NCBI GenBank assembly: GCA_022750055.1 | Contig: JAKIWL010000004.1 | Span: 36,405-100,404 of the forward strand | Length of the DNA stretch: 64,000 nucleotides | Source: Thermoplasmata archaeon | Lineage (GTDB): Archaea > Thermoplasmatota > Thermoplasmata > Lutacidiplasmatales > UBA184 | Direction: 5' to 3' | Shown: piece after piece, positions 43,627 to 53,339 of the stretch | Numbering within the stretch: position 1 is the first letter of the stretch | Layout of the letters: each line of letters opens with the position of its first letter | Program-made: the position numbers and the translations under genes | The notes under the pieces: model-generated | Database searches by the model: none | What the model saw: only the letters and a program-made list of their open reading frames with translations | What the model was told of the DNA's origin: nothing

Positions 43627-43899
43627 GTCCCGCGGGCCGACTCCACGCAGTCTATTTAGGCGGTGGGTGAGCATTCGGAACGAACCCGGCCAACCGGACC
43701 CCACGACGACTCCGTATCGAACTGAGCGAGGACCCCGGCCCGCGGAGAGACCCCATCCCGACCGACCGCATGGGGTTCGCCCAGGCTCCCGTCCGTGTTT
43801 GGAAGCCGTGGGGCCGCCGATCGCCCCGGCCCGAAGGCGCGCGAACCCGACTTGCCCTACGGTTTCCCGGTCGTTCCGAATCCCTAGAATCGGCCCCTT

Positions 43900-43925
43900 T
43901 TCGAACGTGCGCGCGCACGTTCGAA
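43900..43925. repeat. Perfect 26-bp palindrome TTCGAACGTGCGC|GCGCACGTTCGAA
   Basis: Read directly. Lies 70 nt upstream of the topA ATG and about 35 nt upstream of the AT-rich TGTTAACTA element. Confidence 0.6.
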
Positions 43926-43994
43926 CGACGACCGGAGGAGGCTCGCCCCTGTACTGTTAACTAGGGAACGCGACCTAGACACGTCGACGAATCC

Positions 43995-46499
43995 ATGCGG
44001 ACGCTCGTGATCGCTGAGAAGTTCAACACCGCCCTTCGGATCGCCATCGTCCTGTCGGACGGGCGAATGCAACGCCTGCGGATAGGCGGCACGAACGTCT
44101 TCCGATTCGAGCGCTCCGATGGGCAGTACGCCGTGGTGGGCCTTCGGGGCCATATCGTCGAGCTCGATTACCCGCCCGAGTTCGCCGAGTGGAATCTTGC
44201 GTCGCTCGGCCGGCTCCTGGAGACGGAGCCGCTCAAGCGGGTGACCGAACTCGGGATCGTCGGGACGCTCCAGGAGATCGTCCGGGAGTACGACCGGGTC
44301 ATCATCGCCACGGACTTCGACCGGGAGGGAGAGCTCATCGGGGCGGAGGCCCTCGAGCTCCTGCAGAAGGTCCATCCGAACATCGAGGTCAAACGCGCCC
44401 GCTATAGCGCGCTGACCCGCGAGGAGATCGAGCAGAGCTTCGCGAACCTCGCCTCGCTCGACCACGCGCTCGCCGAAGCCGCCGAGGCCCGCCAGGAGAT
44501 CGACCTAGTCTGGGGCGCCCTCTTGACCCGCTTCCTATCGATCGTCTCGGGCCAGCGGGGCAAGAGCTTCCTGTCGGCCGGCCGGGTGCAGACCCCGACC
44601 CTCGCCCTGCTCGTCGATCGCGACCAGGAGATCAAGGAGTTCGTGCCCCAGCCGTTCTTCCTGATCGAGGCCGACGTAACCGACGGGAAGGAGGGGTTCA
44701 CGCTGGCCCATCAGCACGGCCGGTTCGACGTCCGGGCCGAGGCCGAGAAGGTCTTTGCGAAGGTCGAGGGGAGCCGCGAAGGGCGGGTCGAGGCGTTCCT
44801 CGAGGAACCGACGCGCCGTCGGCCTCCGGTCCCCTTCAGCACCACTCTGTTCGTCTCCGAGGCGACCCGGCAGGGCCTCGGCGCGGCGTACGCGATGCGG
44901 ATCGCCGAGGACCTCTACACCCAGGGTCTGATCAGCTACCCGCGGACCGACAACACCGTCTATCCGAGGGGCCTCGGCCTCCGGGCGCTCGTCGAACGGT
45001 TCAAGGAAGGCCCCTTCAAGGAGGCGGCCGAGTTCGTCCTCGCCCAGGAGACGCTCCGGGCGTCTCGGGGCCGCAGCGAGACGACCGACCACCCTCCGAT
45101 CTACCCGACCGGTGTGACCGAGCTGAAGAAGCTCAAGGCCGACCACGCGAAGGTCTACGAGCTCGTGGTCCGGCGGTTCCTCGCTACGGTGGCCCCGGAT
45201 TCGACGGGCCTCGCCCGGACCACCACGGTCGATATCCGGGGGGAGAAGTTCGACGGGAAGGGGCAGATCCTCGTCGATCCGGGCTGGTACCGGATCTATC
45301 CGTACGCCACGCCCGAGCAGTCACCGATGCCGACCCTCTCGGTCGGGCAGACCGTGGAGGTCCGCTCCGTCACGCTGCGCGAGGACCAGACGCGGCCGCC
45401 GAAGCGATTCACGCAGGGCACGCTGATCCAGGAGATGGAGCGCCTGGGCCTCGGGACCAAGTCCACGCGCCACGACGTCCTCCAGAAGCTGTTCGACCGC
45501 CACTACGTCCAGCAACGCTCGCTCGAGCCCACGGTGACCGGGATCGCGGTCACCGAGGCGCTCAAGGCCCATGCGCCGCTGATCACCCGGCCCGAGATGA
45601 CCCATCGCCTCGAGGAGGAGATGGAGCTCGTCGCCGAGTCGAAGAAGGAGAAGGCCCAGGTCCTGAAGGACTCCCGCGACATGCTTCGGGAGGCCCACGA
45701 ACTCCTGACGAAGAACGCGGAAGGCGTCCGGGAGACGCTCACCGGCGCGCTCGACAAGCAGCACTTCGTCGGCCCGTGCGCGTTGTGCGGCGGGGCCCTG
45801 CGGCTCGCACGGAGTCCCCGAGGCGCGCGGTGGGTGCAGTGCGTGAACAACCCCGGCCGCTGCACGGCGACGTTCAACCTCCCGTCGGCCGGCTTCATCG
45901 AGCCGGCCCCGGAGTTCCTCTGCGGCGTCTGCAAGGTCCCGCGGCTAAAGATCACGTTCCGGGGGCAACGACCCGACCTGTACTGCATCAACCCGGAGTG
46001 CACGGAGCACCACCGGGCGTTCCGGATCGGCGTCTGCCCGAGCTGTGCCTCGCCGCTGGAGATCCGCTACTCCTTCCTCGGGAAGCGGTTCGTCGGATGC
46101 TCCGGCTACCCGACGTGCCGGGTCACCTACCCCCTTCCGCAACGCGGCAAGCTGGAGAAGGACCAGCCGCCCTGCCCCGTCTGCCGGGCTCCGGTGGTGA
46201 CCGCGATCGAAGCGGGTCGTCCCCCGTGGACGCTGTGCGTCAATCCGGAGTGCCCGACCCGCCAGAAGGTGCCCAAGGCAAAGGCGGCCGGCGCGATCAA
46301 GCCGAGGGCGGCGAAGAGGAAGGCGCGGGCCGCTCCGCGGGCCACGTCGGCGCCGCCCCCCACCGGTGGGACGGCGACGACCCCGGTCGCTTCTCCGGCC
46401 AAGCCGAAGGTGCGCTCGCCGGCGCGGCGTGTCCGACGGCCGACTCCAGCCCCCGTCGAAGAGGCGGGCCTGGTGGAGTCCAGCTCCACCCCGCCCTGA
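43995..46499 (+). CDS. topA: DNA topoisomerase I (type IA) with C-terminal zinc ribbons and basic A/K/P-rich tail
   Basis: 834 aa. Toprim MRTLVIAEKFNTA..., catalytic-region LISYPRTDN, several CxxC...CxxC ribbons, 78-aa low-complexity tail. Confidence 0.9.
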   Translation: MRTLVIAEKFNTALRIAIVLSDGRMQRLRIGGTNVFRFERSDGQYAVVGLRGHIVELDYPPEFAEWNLASLGRLLETEPLKRVTELGIVGTLQEIVREYDRVIIATDFDREGELIGAEALELLQKVHPNIEVKRARYSALTREEIEQSFANLASLDHALAEAAEARQEIDLVWGALLTRFLSIVSGQRGKSFLSAGRVQTPTLALLVDRDQEIKEFVPQPFFLIEADVTDGKEGFTLAHQHGRFDVRAEAEKVFAKVEGSREGRVEAFLEEPTRRRPPVPFSTTLFVSEATRQGLGAAYAMRIAEDLYTQGLISYPRTDNTVYPRGLGLRALVERFKEGPFKEAAEFVLAQETLRASRGRSETTDHPPIYPTGVTELKKLKADHAKVYELVVRRFLATVAPDSTGLARTTTVDIRGEKFDGKGQILVDPGWYRIYPYATPEQSPMPTLSVGQTVEVRSVTLREDQTRPPKRFTQGTLIQEMERLGLGTKSTRHDVLQKLFDRHYVQQRSLEPTVTGIAVTEALKAHAPLITRPEMTHRLEEEMELVAESKKEKAQVLKDSRDMLREAHELLTKNAEGVRETLTGALDKQHFVGPCALCGGALRLARSPRGARWVQCVNNPGRCTATFNLPSAGFIEPAPEFLCGVCKVPRLKITFRGQRPDLYCINPECTEHHRAFRIGVCPSCASPLEIRYSFLGKRFVGCSGYPTCRVTYPLPQRGKLEKDQPPCPVCRAPVVTAIEAGRPPWTLCVNPECPTRQKVPKAKAAGAIKPRAAKRKARAAPRATSAPPPTGGTATTPVASPAKPKVRSPARRVRRPTPAPVEEAGLVESSSTPP

Positions 46500-46697
46500 T
46501 CGGGCCCGGCCGAAACCCAAGGGCACCTCGTCGGAGGCCATCAAGCCTGCGCCCCCGCTGGAGCGTTTCACACCGCCCCTTCCCGTGTTAAATATCCGGC
46601 CCGGGTCGTAGCGCTTGGTGCCGCCTTCGGAGCTCGTATCGGACCTTCGACCGAGGCGGGAACTCCCGCGTTCCCCCGGCGTCGGGACACCTGCCTG

Positions 46698-49547
46698 ATG
46701 GAGGCCGAGCCGGTACCGACGCTTCCGGCGATCCGGATCCGGGGTGCCCGCCAGCACAACCTGAAGAACATCTCCCTCGACCTGCCCCGGAACCGCCTCA
46801 TCGTGATCACCGGTGTGAGCGGATCCGGCAAGTCCTCCCTCGCCTTCGATACGCTGTACGCCGAGGGACAGCGCCGGTACATCGAGAGCCTCTCGGCGTA
46901 CGCCCGCCAGTTCCTCGGCCAGATGGACAAACCCGACGTCGATGCGATCGAGGGCCTCTCCCCGGCCATCGCGATCGAACAGCGAGCCGGTAGCCGCAAC
47001 CCCCGGTCGACCGTGGGGACCGTCACCGAGATCCACGACTACCTGCGGTTGCTGTTCGCCCGGATCGGGATCCCCCACTGCCCCAACGACGGCCACGAGA
47101 TCGTCCCCCAGTCCATCGACCGGATGGTCGAGGCGATCGCCGCCGTCGCCCGAGACGGACGCGTCGACATCCTCGCGCCCGTCGTCCGGGGCCAGAAGGG
47201 GGAGTTCCGCGACCTGCTCGAGCGCCTCCGCAAGGACGGCTACCGTCGGTTCGTGATCGACGGGGTCGACGCGCGCAACCCCGCCGCCATCCGTCTCGAG
47301 AAGAACAAGAAGCACACGATCGAGGTGGTCGTCGACACGGTGGAACCGGAGGAGGACGCGACCCGGCTCAGCGAGGCCACCACGCTCGCTCGCGACCTCG
47401 CCGAGGGCCTCGTGATCGCCCGCGGGGCGAAGGGGACCCGCACGATGTTCTCGAGCCGTCGCGCCTGTCCGGAGTGCGGATTCTCCATCGAAGAGCTGAC
47501 GCCGAGGATGTTCTCGTTCAACAACCCGTTCGGGGCCTGCCCGACGTGCCTCGGGATCGGGGCGACGTTGCGGGCGGACCCGGGGCTGATCATCCCAGAC
47601 CGTTCCAAGCCGCTCGGCAAGGCGATCGCGGTCTGGGGACTCGCCCCGGAGCGGGAGGCGATCGAGCGGTTCGGCCGCCTGTTCGGCTACGACCCGAAGC
47701 GGCCCGTCTCCGAACTGTCCGAAGCCGGCTGGACTGCGCTCTTTCAGGGCAGCGACCGATCCCTCGGAATGGGGGCCCACGGGGCCCACCACTGGTGGGG
47801 GGGAGGCTGGCTCAGAGAGGGACTCGCGAAGGCGGTCGAGCGTCGCTGGAAGGCGACGAAGAGCGAGGGGGCGAAAGAGTACTACATGGGCTTCATGACG
47901 TTCATCCCTTGCCAGCAGTGCCATGGGGACCGGCTCAAGCCGGAGAGCCTCGCGGTCCGAGTCCTCGGAAAGTCGATCGCGGAATTCTCCAAGCTTCCGA
48001 TCGACGGGCTGATCGAGCTCTTCCGGCACCTGGAGCTGGGCGAACGCGACGAGAAGATCGTCGGCCAGGTCGTCAAGGAGATCCGCGCCCGGCTCGGCTT
48101 CCTGGAGAACGTCGGCCTGACCTACCTGACCCTCGACCGGGGCTCCGCGACCCTGTCCGGTGGGGAGGCCGAACGGATCGCGCTCGCGACCCAGATCGGC
48201 TCCGGCCTCGTCGGGGTCCTCTACATCCTCGACGAGCCGTCGATCGGCCTCCATCCTCGCGACCACGCGCGCCTCCTGGCGACGTTGAAGACGCTTCGGG
48301 ACCTCGGGAACACGGTCCTCGTCGTCGAACACGACGAGCAGACGATGCGCGAGTCCGACTGGTTGATCGACCTAGGTCTGGGAGCCGGGCGACTGGGCGG
48401 GGACCTCCTATTCGCCGGACGCCCGTCGGAGATCGCGGACTCGGCCCGGTCGATCACGGGGGCGTTCCTCTCCGGCCGCCGCTCGATCGCCGTGCCGGCC
48501 GAGCGGCGTCGCCCGGGCGACCGATGGCTCGTCGTCCGGGGTCCTCGGGAGAATAACCTGAAGGGCGAGGACATCCGGCTCCCCCTCGGGACCCTCGTGG
48601 CCCTCTCCGGCGTCTCGGGGAGCGGCAAATCGACCCTGATGCAGGAGATCCTGTACAAGGCGGTCCGACGGCACCTCGGGCTGGGCCGGGAGATGCCCGG
48701 CAAGCACGACCACATCGAAGGGATCGACCAGATCGACCGCGTCCTGCTCATCGACCAGGCCCCGATCGGCCGCACCCCCAGAAGCAATCCAGCGACCTAC
48801 ACGGGGCTGATGACGCCGATGCGCGAGCTCTTCAGCGGCCTGCCCGAATCGAAAGCGCGGGGGTTCGGCCCGGGCCGCTTCAGCTTCAACGTCGCGAGCG
48901 GGCGGTGCGAAGCGTGCGAGGGGGATGGCGTCATCCGATACGAGATGCACTTCCTCCCCGACGTCTACGTCGCCTGCGAGGAGTGCCGCGGCCAGCGGTT
49001 CAACGCCGAGACCCTCGAGGTGAAGTTCAAGGGCAAGACGATCGCCGACGTGCTCGCGATGACCGTCGACGAGGCGCTCGAGTTCTTCCGCAACCACCGG
49101 CGCATCGAATCTCGGCTTCAGCTGCTCGTCGACGTCGGCCTCGGCTACATCCAGCTCGGTCAGAGCGCGACGACCCTTTCCGGCGGCGAGGCGCAGCGGA
49201 TCAAGATCGCCTTCGAGCTCGCCAAGACCCCGACGGGGCGGACCCTCTACCTGCTCGACGAACCGACGACGGGACTTCACTTCCAGGACGTCGAGCGCCT
49301 GCTCGAGGTCCTGTATCGATTGCGCGCGGGCGGCAACACCGTCGTGGTCATCGAGCACAACCTGGACGTGCTGAAGTGCGCGGACTGGCTCATCGACCTC
49401 GGCCCGGAGGGCGGAGCGGCGGGGGGCCGGGTCGTCGCCCAAGGGGTCCCCGAGCAGGTCGCCCGGACCCGCGGGTCCTATACCGGCGGGTTCCTTGCCC
49501 CGCTTCTCGAGCCCCCGGCGATCCGGGTCCCGGCGCGTCGTCGATGA
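46698..49547 (+). CDS. uvrA: Excinuclease ABC subunit A
   Basis: 949 aa. GARQHNLKNISLDLPRNRLIVITGVSGSGKSSLAFDTLYAEGQRRY and a second ABC module GVSGSGKSTL. Confidence 0.97.
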   Translation: MEAEPVPTLPAIRIRGARQHNLKNISLDLPRNRLIVITGVSGSGKSSLAFDTLYAEGQRRYIESLSAYARQFLGQMDKPDVDAIEGLSPAIAIEQRAGSRNPRSTVGTVTEIHDYLRLLFARIGIPHCPNDGHEIVPQSIDRMVEAIAAVARDGRVDILAPVVRGQKGEFRDLLERLRKDGYRRFVIDGVDARNPAAIRLEKNKKHTIEVVVDTVEPEEDATRLSEATTLARDLAEGLVIARGAKGTRTMFSSRRACPECGFSIEELTPRMFSFNNPFGACPTCLGIGATLRADPGLIIPDRSKPLGKAIAVWGLAPEREAIERFGRLFGYDPKRPVSELSEAGWTALFQGSDRSLGMGAHGAHHWWGGGWLREGLAKAVERRWKATKSEGAKEYYMGFMTFIPCQQCHGDRLKPESLAVRVLGKSIAEFSKLPIDGLIELFRHLELGERDEKIVGQVVKEIRARLGFLENVGLTYLTLDRGSATLSGGEAERIALATQIGSGLVGVLYILDEPSIGLHPRDHARLLATLKTLRDLGNTVLVVEHDEQTMRESDWLIDLGLGAGRLGGDLLFAGRPSEIADSARSITGAFLSGRRSIAVPAERRRPGDRWLVVRGPRENNLKGEDIRLPLGTLVALSGVSGSGKSTLMQEILYKAVRRHLGLGREMPGKHDHIEGIDQIDRVLLIDQAPIGRTPRSNPATYTGLMTPMRELFSGLPESKARGFGPGRFSFNVASGRCEACEGDGVIRYEMHFLPDVYVACEECRGQRFNAETLEVKFKGKTIADVLAMTVDEALEFFRNHRRIESRLQLLVDVGLGYIQLGQSATTLSGGEAQRIKIAFELAKTPTGRTLYLLDEPTTGLHFQDVERLLEVLYRLRAGGNTVVVIEHNLDVLKCADWLIDLGPEGGAAGGRVVAQGVPEQVARTRGSYTGGFLAPLLEPPAIRVPARRR

Positions 49548-51244
49548 ACGAGGGCGCGGGCCGGTTTCCCGGCTTCGTCCCCGCGAGCGAGCTCGCCGCG
49601 CAGAATCAGGAGGGCTTCCGGCCGGGGCCCGACTCCGTCGGGGTGTACCTGTTCCGCTCGGCGAGAGGCGAGGTCGTCTACGTCGGGAAGAGCCGACACC
49701 TGCGGCGGCGCGTCCTCGACCATCTGCACGCACGGGTCGAGAAGGACGGGACCATCCTCGCCCGCAGCGCCTCGGTCGAGTTCGTGCCGACGGTGAGCGA
49801 GCGCGAGGCGCTCCTGCTCGAGGCGAGCCTGATCAAGCAGTACCAGCCGCCGTACAACACCCTCCTGAAGGACGACCGCAGCTTCCCGTACCTCGCGGTG
49901 ACCCTCGGGGAGCGGTTCCCCCGCCTCCTGGTCGTCCGTCGCCCCCGCCGCGGCGGCAAGACCCTGTTGTTCGGTCCGTACCCCTCCGCCCGCGAGGCGC
50001 GCGGCCTTCAGAAGCTACTGTCGGAGACCTTTCGGGTCCGCCAGTGCGTCCAGCTCCCGCGCAAGGAGTGCCTGTACTACCATCTGAACACCTGCACGGC
50101 TCCCTGCATCCGCGCGGTGGACGACGCCGCGTACCGGTCTCAGGTCGACGGCGCGATCGCGGTGCTGCGAGGCGGGGTCGGGGAATTGAAGCGTACGGTC
50201 GAGCGCTCGATGCACGATGCGGTGGAGGCGGAGGAGTTCGAACGGGCGGGGGCCCTGAGGGACGCCCTCGGCGGGCTCGCGGCGCTCTCGGAACGCCAGC
50301 ACGTGGTCGGCCCGGGCGAGGGACGCTCCGACGTCCTTGCCCTCGCCTACCCGGTCGACCCGGCGAGCCTCCGGGTCGCGGTCGGGCTGTTGCGCGTCGA
50401 GGACGGGGAGGTCCGCGGGACCGAACCCCACCTCATGGCCACGCCCGCCGACGACGTGCCGGAGGTCGGCGAGACCCTCCGACAGTTCCTGACGCAGTTC
50501 TACGGGAACCAGCTCGACCTTCCTCGCCGCATCTACGTCAAGGGGCCGAGGCCGGAGGGGATCGACGACACCGTCGACTGGCTCGAAGGGGAGCGAGGGG
50601 TGGAGGTGCGCTTCCGGCCGACCGGGCGCTACGCCTCCTTCGCGAACCTCGCCGAACGGCTCGCGCGCGCCCACGTCGATTCCGTCGTCCCACGCGCCGC
50701 GCCCCGGGAGGTCCTCACGGCCCTGCAGAGCCTGCTCTTGCTTCCGACGATCCCCAACCGCATCGAAGGAGTGGACATCTCGATCTTCCAGGGGTCGAAC
50801 GCCGTCGGATCTCTCGTCGTCTTCGAGCGGGGCGCCCCCGCGAAGTCGGAGTACCGTCGCTACCGCATCCGTACGGTCGAGGGGACGAATGACTTCGCGA
50901 TGGTCCGGGAGGTGGTCTATCGCCGCTACGCGCGACGCCTCGCCGACGAGGAGATCCTGCCCGACCTCCTCCTGATCGACGGGGGGAAAGGCCAGCTCTC
51001 GGCCGCCCTCGACGCCCTCACCGAGCTCCACCTCGAGGAGCGCGTCCCGGCGATCGGGCTAGCCAAGCGACTCGAGGAGGTCTATCAACCCGACCGAAGC
51101 GAACCCCTGCACCCGAACCCGAACGTCCCGGCGATGCTCCTACTTCGAGCGGTCCGGGACGAGGCGCACCGCTTCGCGGTCACGTACCATCGGACCCGCC
51201 GAAGGATTCGTCTTCGCGAGGACGCGAACGAGGCGATGCCCTAG
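49544..51244 (+). CDS. uvrC: Excinuclease ABC subunit C
   Basis: GIY-YIG GVYLFRSARGEVVYVGKSRHLRRRV, UVR domain, RNase H-like endonuclease and HhH regions. ATGA overlap with the uvrA stop. The upstream part of track ORF 48905..51244 is out-of-frame overlap with uvrA. Confidence 0.9.
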   Translation: MNEGAGRFPGFVPASELAAQNQEGFRPGPDSVGVYLFRSARGEVVYVGKSRHLRRRVLDHLHARVEKDGTILARSASVEFVPTVSEREALLLEASLIKQYQPPYNTLLKDDRSFPYLAVTLGERFPRLLVVRRPRRGGKTLLFGPYPSAREARGLQKLLSETFRVRQCVQLPRKECLYYHLNTCTAPCIRAVDDAAYRSQVDGAIAVLRGGVGELKRTVERSMHDAVEAEEFERAGALRDALGGLAALSERQHVVGPGEGRSDVLALAYPVDPASLRVAVGLLRVEDGEVRGTEPHLMATPADDVPEVGETLRQFLTQFYGNQLDLPRRIYVKGPRPEGIDDTVDWLEGERGVEVRFRPTGRYASFANLAERLARAHVDSVVPRAAPREVLTALQSLLLLPTIPNRIEGVDISIFQGSNAVGSLVVFERGAPAKSEYRRYRIRTVEGTNDFAMVREVVYRRYARRLADEEILPDLLLIDGGKGQLSAALDALTELHLEERVPAIGLAKRLEEVYQPDRSEPLHPNPNVPAMLLLRAVRDEAHRFAVTYHRTRRRIRLREDANEAMP

Positions 51245-51276
51245 ACGGGCCGCGCCCGGGGGGGATCGGTCCCGCG

Positions 51277-52041
51277 CTACTTCGCCGGGCGGTTCGCCCG
51301 CTCGCTCGGCCCGATGAACGGGAGACCCGAGACCCGCCGCGCGACCTCGGTCGGCACCAGGCGCCTCAAGTCCTTCTCCGGTTCGAGGATCGCGGCATCG
51401 AGGGCCTCGGCGGGGAACGGCGTCGGAGAGCCCTCGGCGACCGCTTGCACGGCGAGCTTGAAGGCCGTCTCCTCGCTCCGGGTCGCGGTGATCTTCTCTT
51501 CGAGGAAGTCGGCGACGGCCCGACGGTTCCGGCCGATCGCGTAGGCCTTCCAACCGATCGTCGCGCCGCTCGGGTCGAGCTCGATGAGGCCGGGGGTGGA
51601 GTCGGCGCCGAATCCGCCGAGCAGGAGCGAGACCGCGAACGGGCGCGTCCCACCGAACTGGGTGAACTGCTGGAGGTGGGTCCCGAGGGTATGGCCGAGG
51701 AGCGTGTAGGGAGCGGCCTCGCCGAAGGTGATGCGGTGGCGCTGGGCCTCCATGCGGAGGAACTCGACGAGAACGCGCGAATCCGCGATCAGGCCCGCGG
51801 TAACGCATCCGAGTCCGGGGTCGATCGCGAAGCTCTTCTCGATCGAGCCGGACTCCGCGAGCGAGCTCACGGGCAGGTTGCGGTAGGCGACGAAGACGAT
51901 CCCGGCGTCGAAGGTGACGGCGACCGCCGTTCCTCCCATCTGGATCGCCTGGAGCGCGTACTCGACCTGGAAGAGCCGACCGTCGGGGGAAAAGACCGTG
52001 CTCGCCCGGTCGTACGCCATCTGGCCCGGTTGCATCTCCAT
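51277..52041 (-). CDS. psmA: Proteasome subunit alpha
   Basis: MEMQPGQMAYDRASTVFSPDGRLFQVEYALQAI... The internal ATG at 52041 is chosen. Confidence 0.9.
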   Translation of the reverse strand: MEMQPGQMAYDRASTVFSPDGRLFQVEYALQAIQMGGTAVAVTFDAGIVFVAYRNLPVSSLAESGSIEKSFAIDPGLGCVTAGLIADSRVLVEFLRMEAQRHRITFGEAAPYTLLGHTLGTHLQQFTQFGGTRPFAVSLLLGGFGADSTPGLIELDPSGATIGWKAYAIGRNRRAVADFLEEKITATRSEETAFKLAVQAVAEGSPTPFPAEALDAAILEPEKDLRRLVPTEVARRVSGLPFIGPSERANRPAK

Positions 52042-52208
52042 CGATGAGCTCCTCGGAATCGGAGTCGGGCAGACGGGTGTAGCATTTGAACCTGCGCCCC
52101 GCCGGTGGTCCGAGCGTAACCATCGCGCGGCGAGGGGCACGATCGGCCGCCCGCGCAGCCCCGGGGCGACCGGCGAGCCTAAATGCCGCGCGGTGCGATG
52201 GGCGGGCG

Positions 52209-53339
52209 ATGGCCGGGCTTCGCCTCCAGATGCTCCCGATGGCGTCGGCTCACCGGGGACCGATGTCGCCGGCTTGTACCCAGTGCGCCGAGGGCAAGAA
52301 GATGGTCCTGTTCGTGACGGGGCTGTGCCGGTTCCGGTGTTTCTACTGCCCGGTCTCGGAGCGCCGCAACCAGGTCGACGTCGCGTACGCGAACGAACGG
52401 CCGATCCGGTCGGACTCCGACGTGCTCGACGAAGCGAGGGCGATGGGAGCGGAGGGAACCGGGATCACGGGCGGCGACCCGCTCGGGGTGATCGACCGGA
52501 CGGTCCACTACGTGGAGCTCCTAAAACGGGAGTTCGGTCCGTCCCACCACATCCACTTGTACACGCACGAGCCCAACGCCGAGAAGCTCCAACGCCTCGC
52601 CCACGCTGGGCTCGACGAGTTCAGGCTGCACATCCCCCATTACCTGTGGGGTCCCCTAGCGTCTCGAGGTGGCGCGTATCGAACGGTGCTCGAGCAGGCG
52701 CCCGAATGGGGCATCCGACGGGGCGTCGAGATCCCGGTCCTGCCGGAGAAGTCGGCCGAGCTCCGGGGGCTACTGCGGACCCTCGGGGAGATCGGGGTCG
52801 ACTTCGTCAACCTGAACGAGCTCGAGTTCTCCGAGACCAACGAACGGAAACTCTACGACCGGCGCTACGACCTCGACCCCCGGGGAGGTTGGGGGGTCCG
52901 GGGGAGCCGTGAAGTGGCGGAAAAACTCGTCCGCGAGAGCCGGGGAACGGTCCCCGTGCACTACTGTTCCTCCCGATTCAAGGACGGCGTTCAACTCAAG
53001 CAGCGGCTCCTCCGGCGGCTCGAACGGACCGCCCCTCCCTTCGCGGTCTCCACGGGCGAGGGGACGCTGCTGCTCGGGGTCGTGGAACCCCAGGTCGGAT
53101 CCGACCTCGAGGAGACCGGTCGCCTCGTTGCGCGTCTCGCCGGGATCGGGGAATCGGACTATCGGGTCGACGCGGCGCGTCGCCGAGTCGAGCTCGCCCC
53201 CCGCGTCCTTCGACGGGTGGCGCGTCGACTCGCGGCACCCGCCTTCGTGGTCGAGGAGTACCCCACCGCCGACGCGCTCGAGGTAGAACGGACGCCCCTC
53301 AACGCGTCGGCCCGGCCCGTCGTGCCGGCCGGCGGCTGA
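52209..53339 (+). CDS. Radical SAM protein (PflA-related, COG2108-like); start uncertain
   Basis: VTGLCRFRCFYCPVSERRN (CX3CX2C). Candidate starts at 52209, 52230, 52239 and 52263. Confidence 0.65.
   Translation: MAGLRLQMLPMASAHRGPMSPACTQCAEGKKMVLFVTGLCRFRCFYCPVSERRNQVDVAYANERPIRSDSDVLDEARAMGAEGTGITGGDPLGVIDRTVHYVELLKREFGPSHHIHLYTHEPNAEKLQRLAHAGLDEFRLHIPHYLWGPLASRGGAYRTVLEQAPEWGIRRGVEIPVLPEKSAELRGLLRTLGEIGVDFVNLNELEFSETNERKLYDRRYDLDPRGGWGVRGSREVAEKLVRESRGTVPVHYCSSRFKDGVQLKQRLLRRLERTAPPFAVSTGEGTLLLGVVEPQVGSDLEETGRLVARLAGIGESDYRVDAARRRVELAPRVLRRVARRLAAPAFVVEEYPTADALEVERTPLNASARPVVPAGG

Noticed and set aside
46615-46698. 26-27-codon upstream ORF (TTG/GTG 46615/46618) ending in a TGATG overlap with the uvrA start.
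   Set aside because: It has no distinctive composition or motif. Open frames of this length are expected by chance at this GC content, and the evidence is insufficient.
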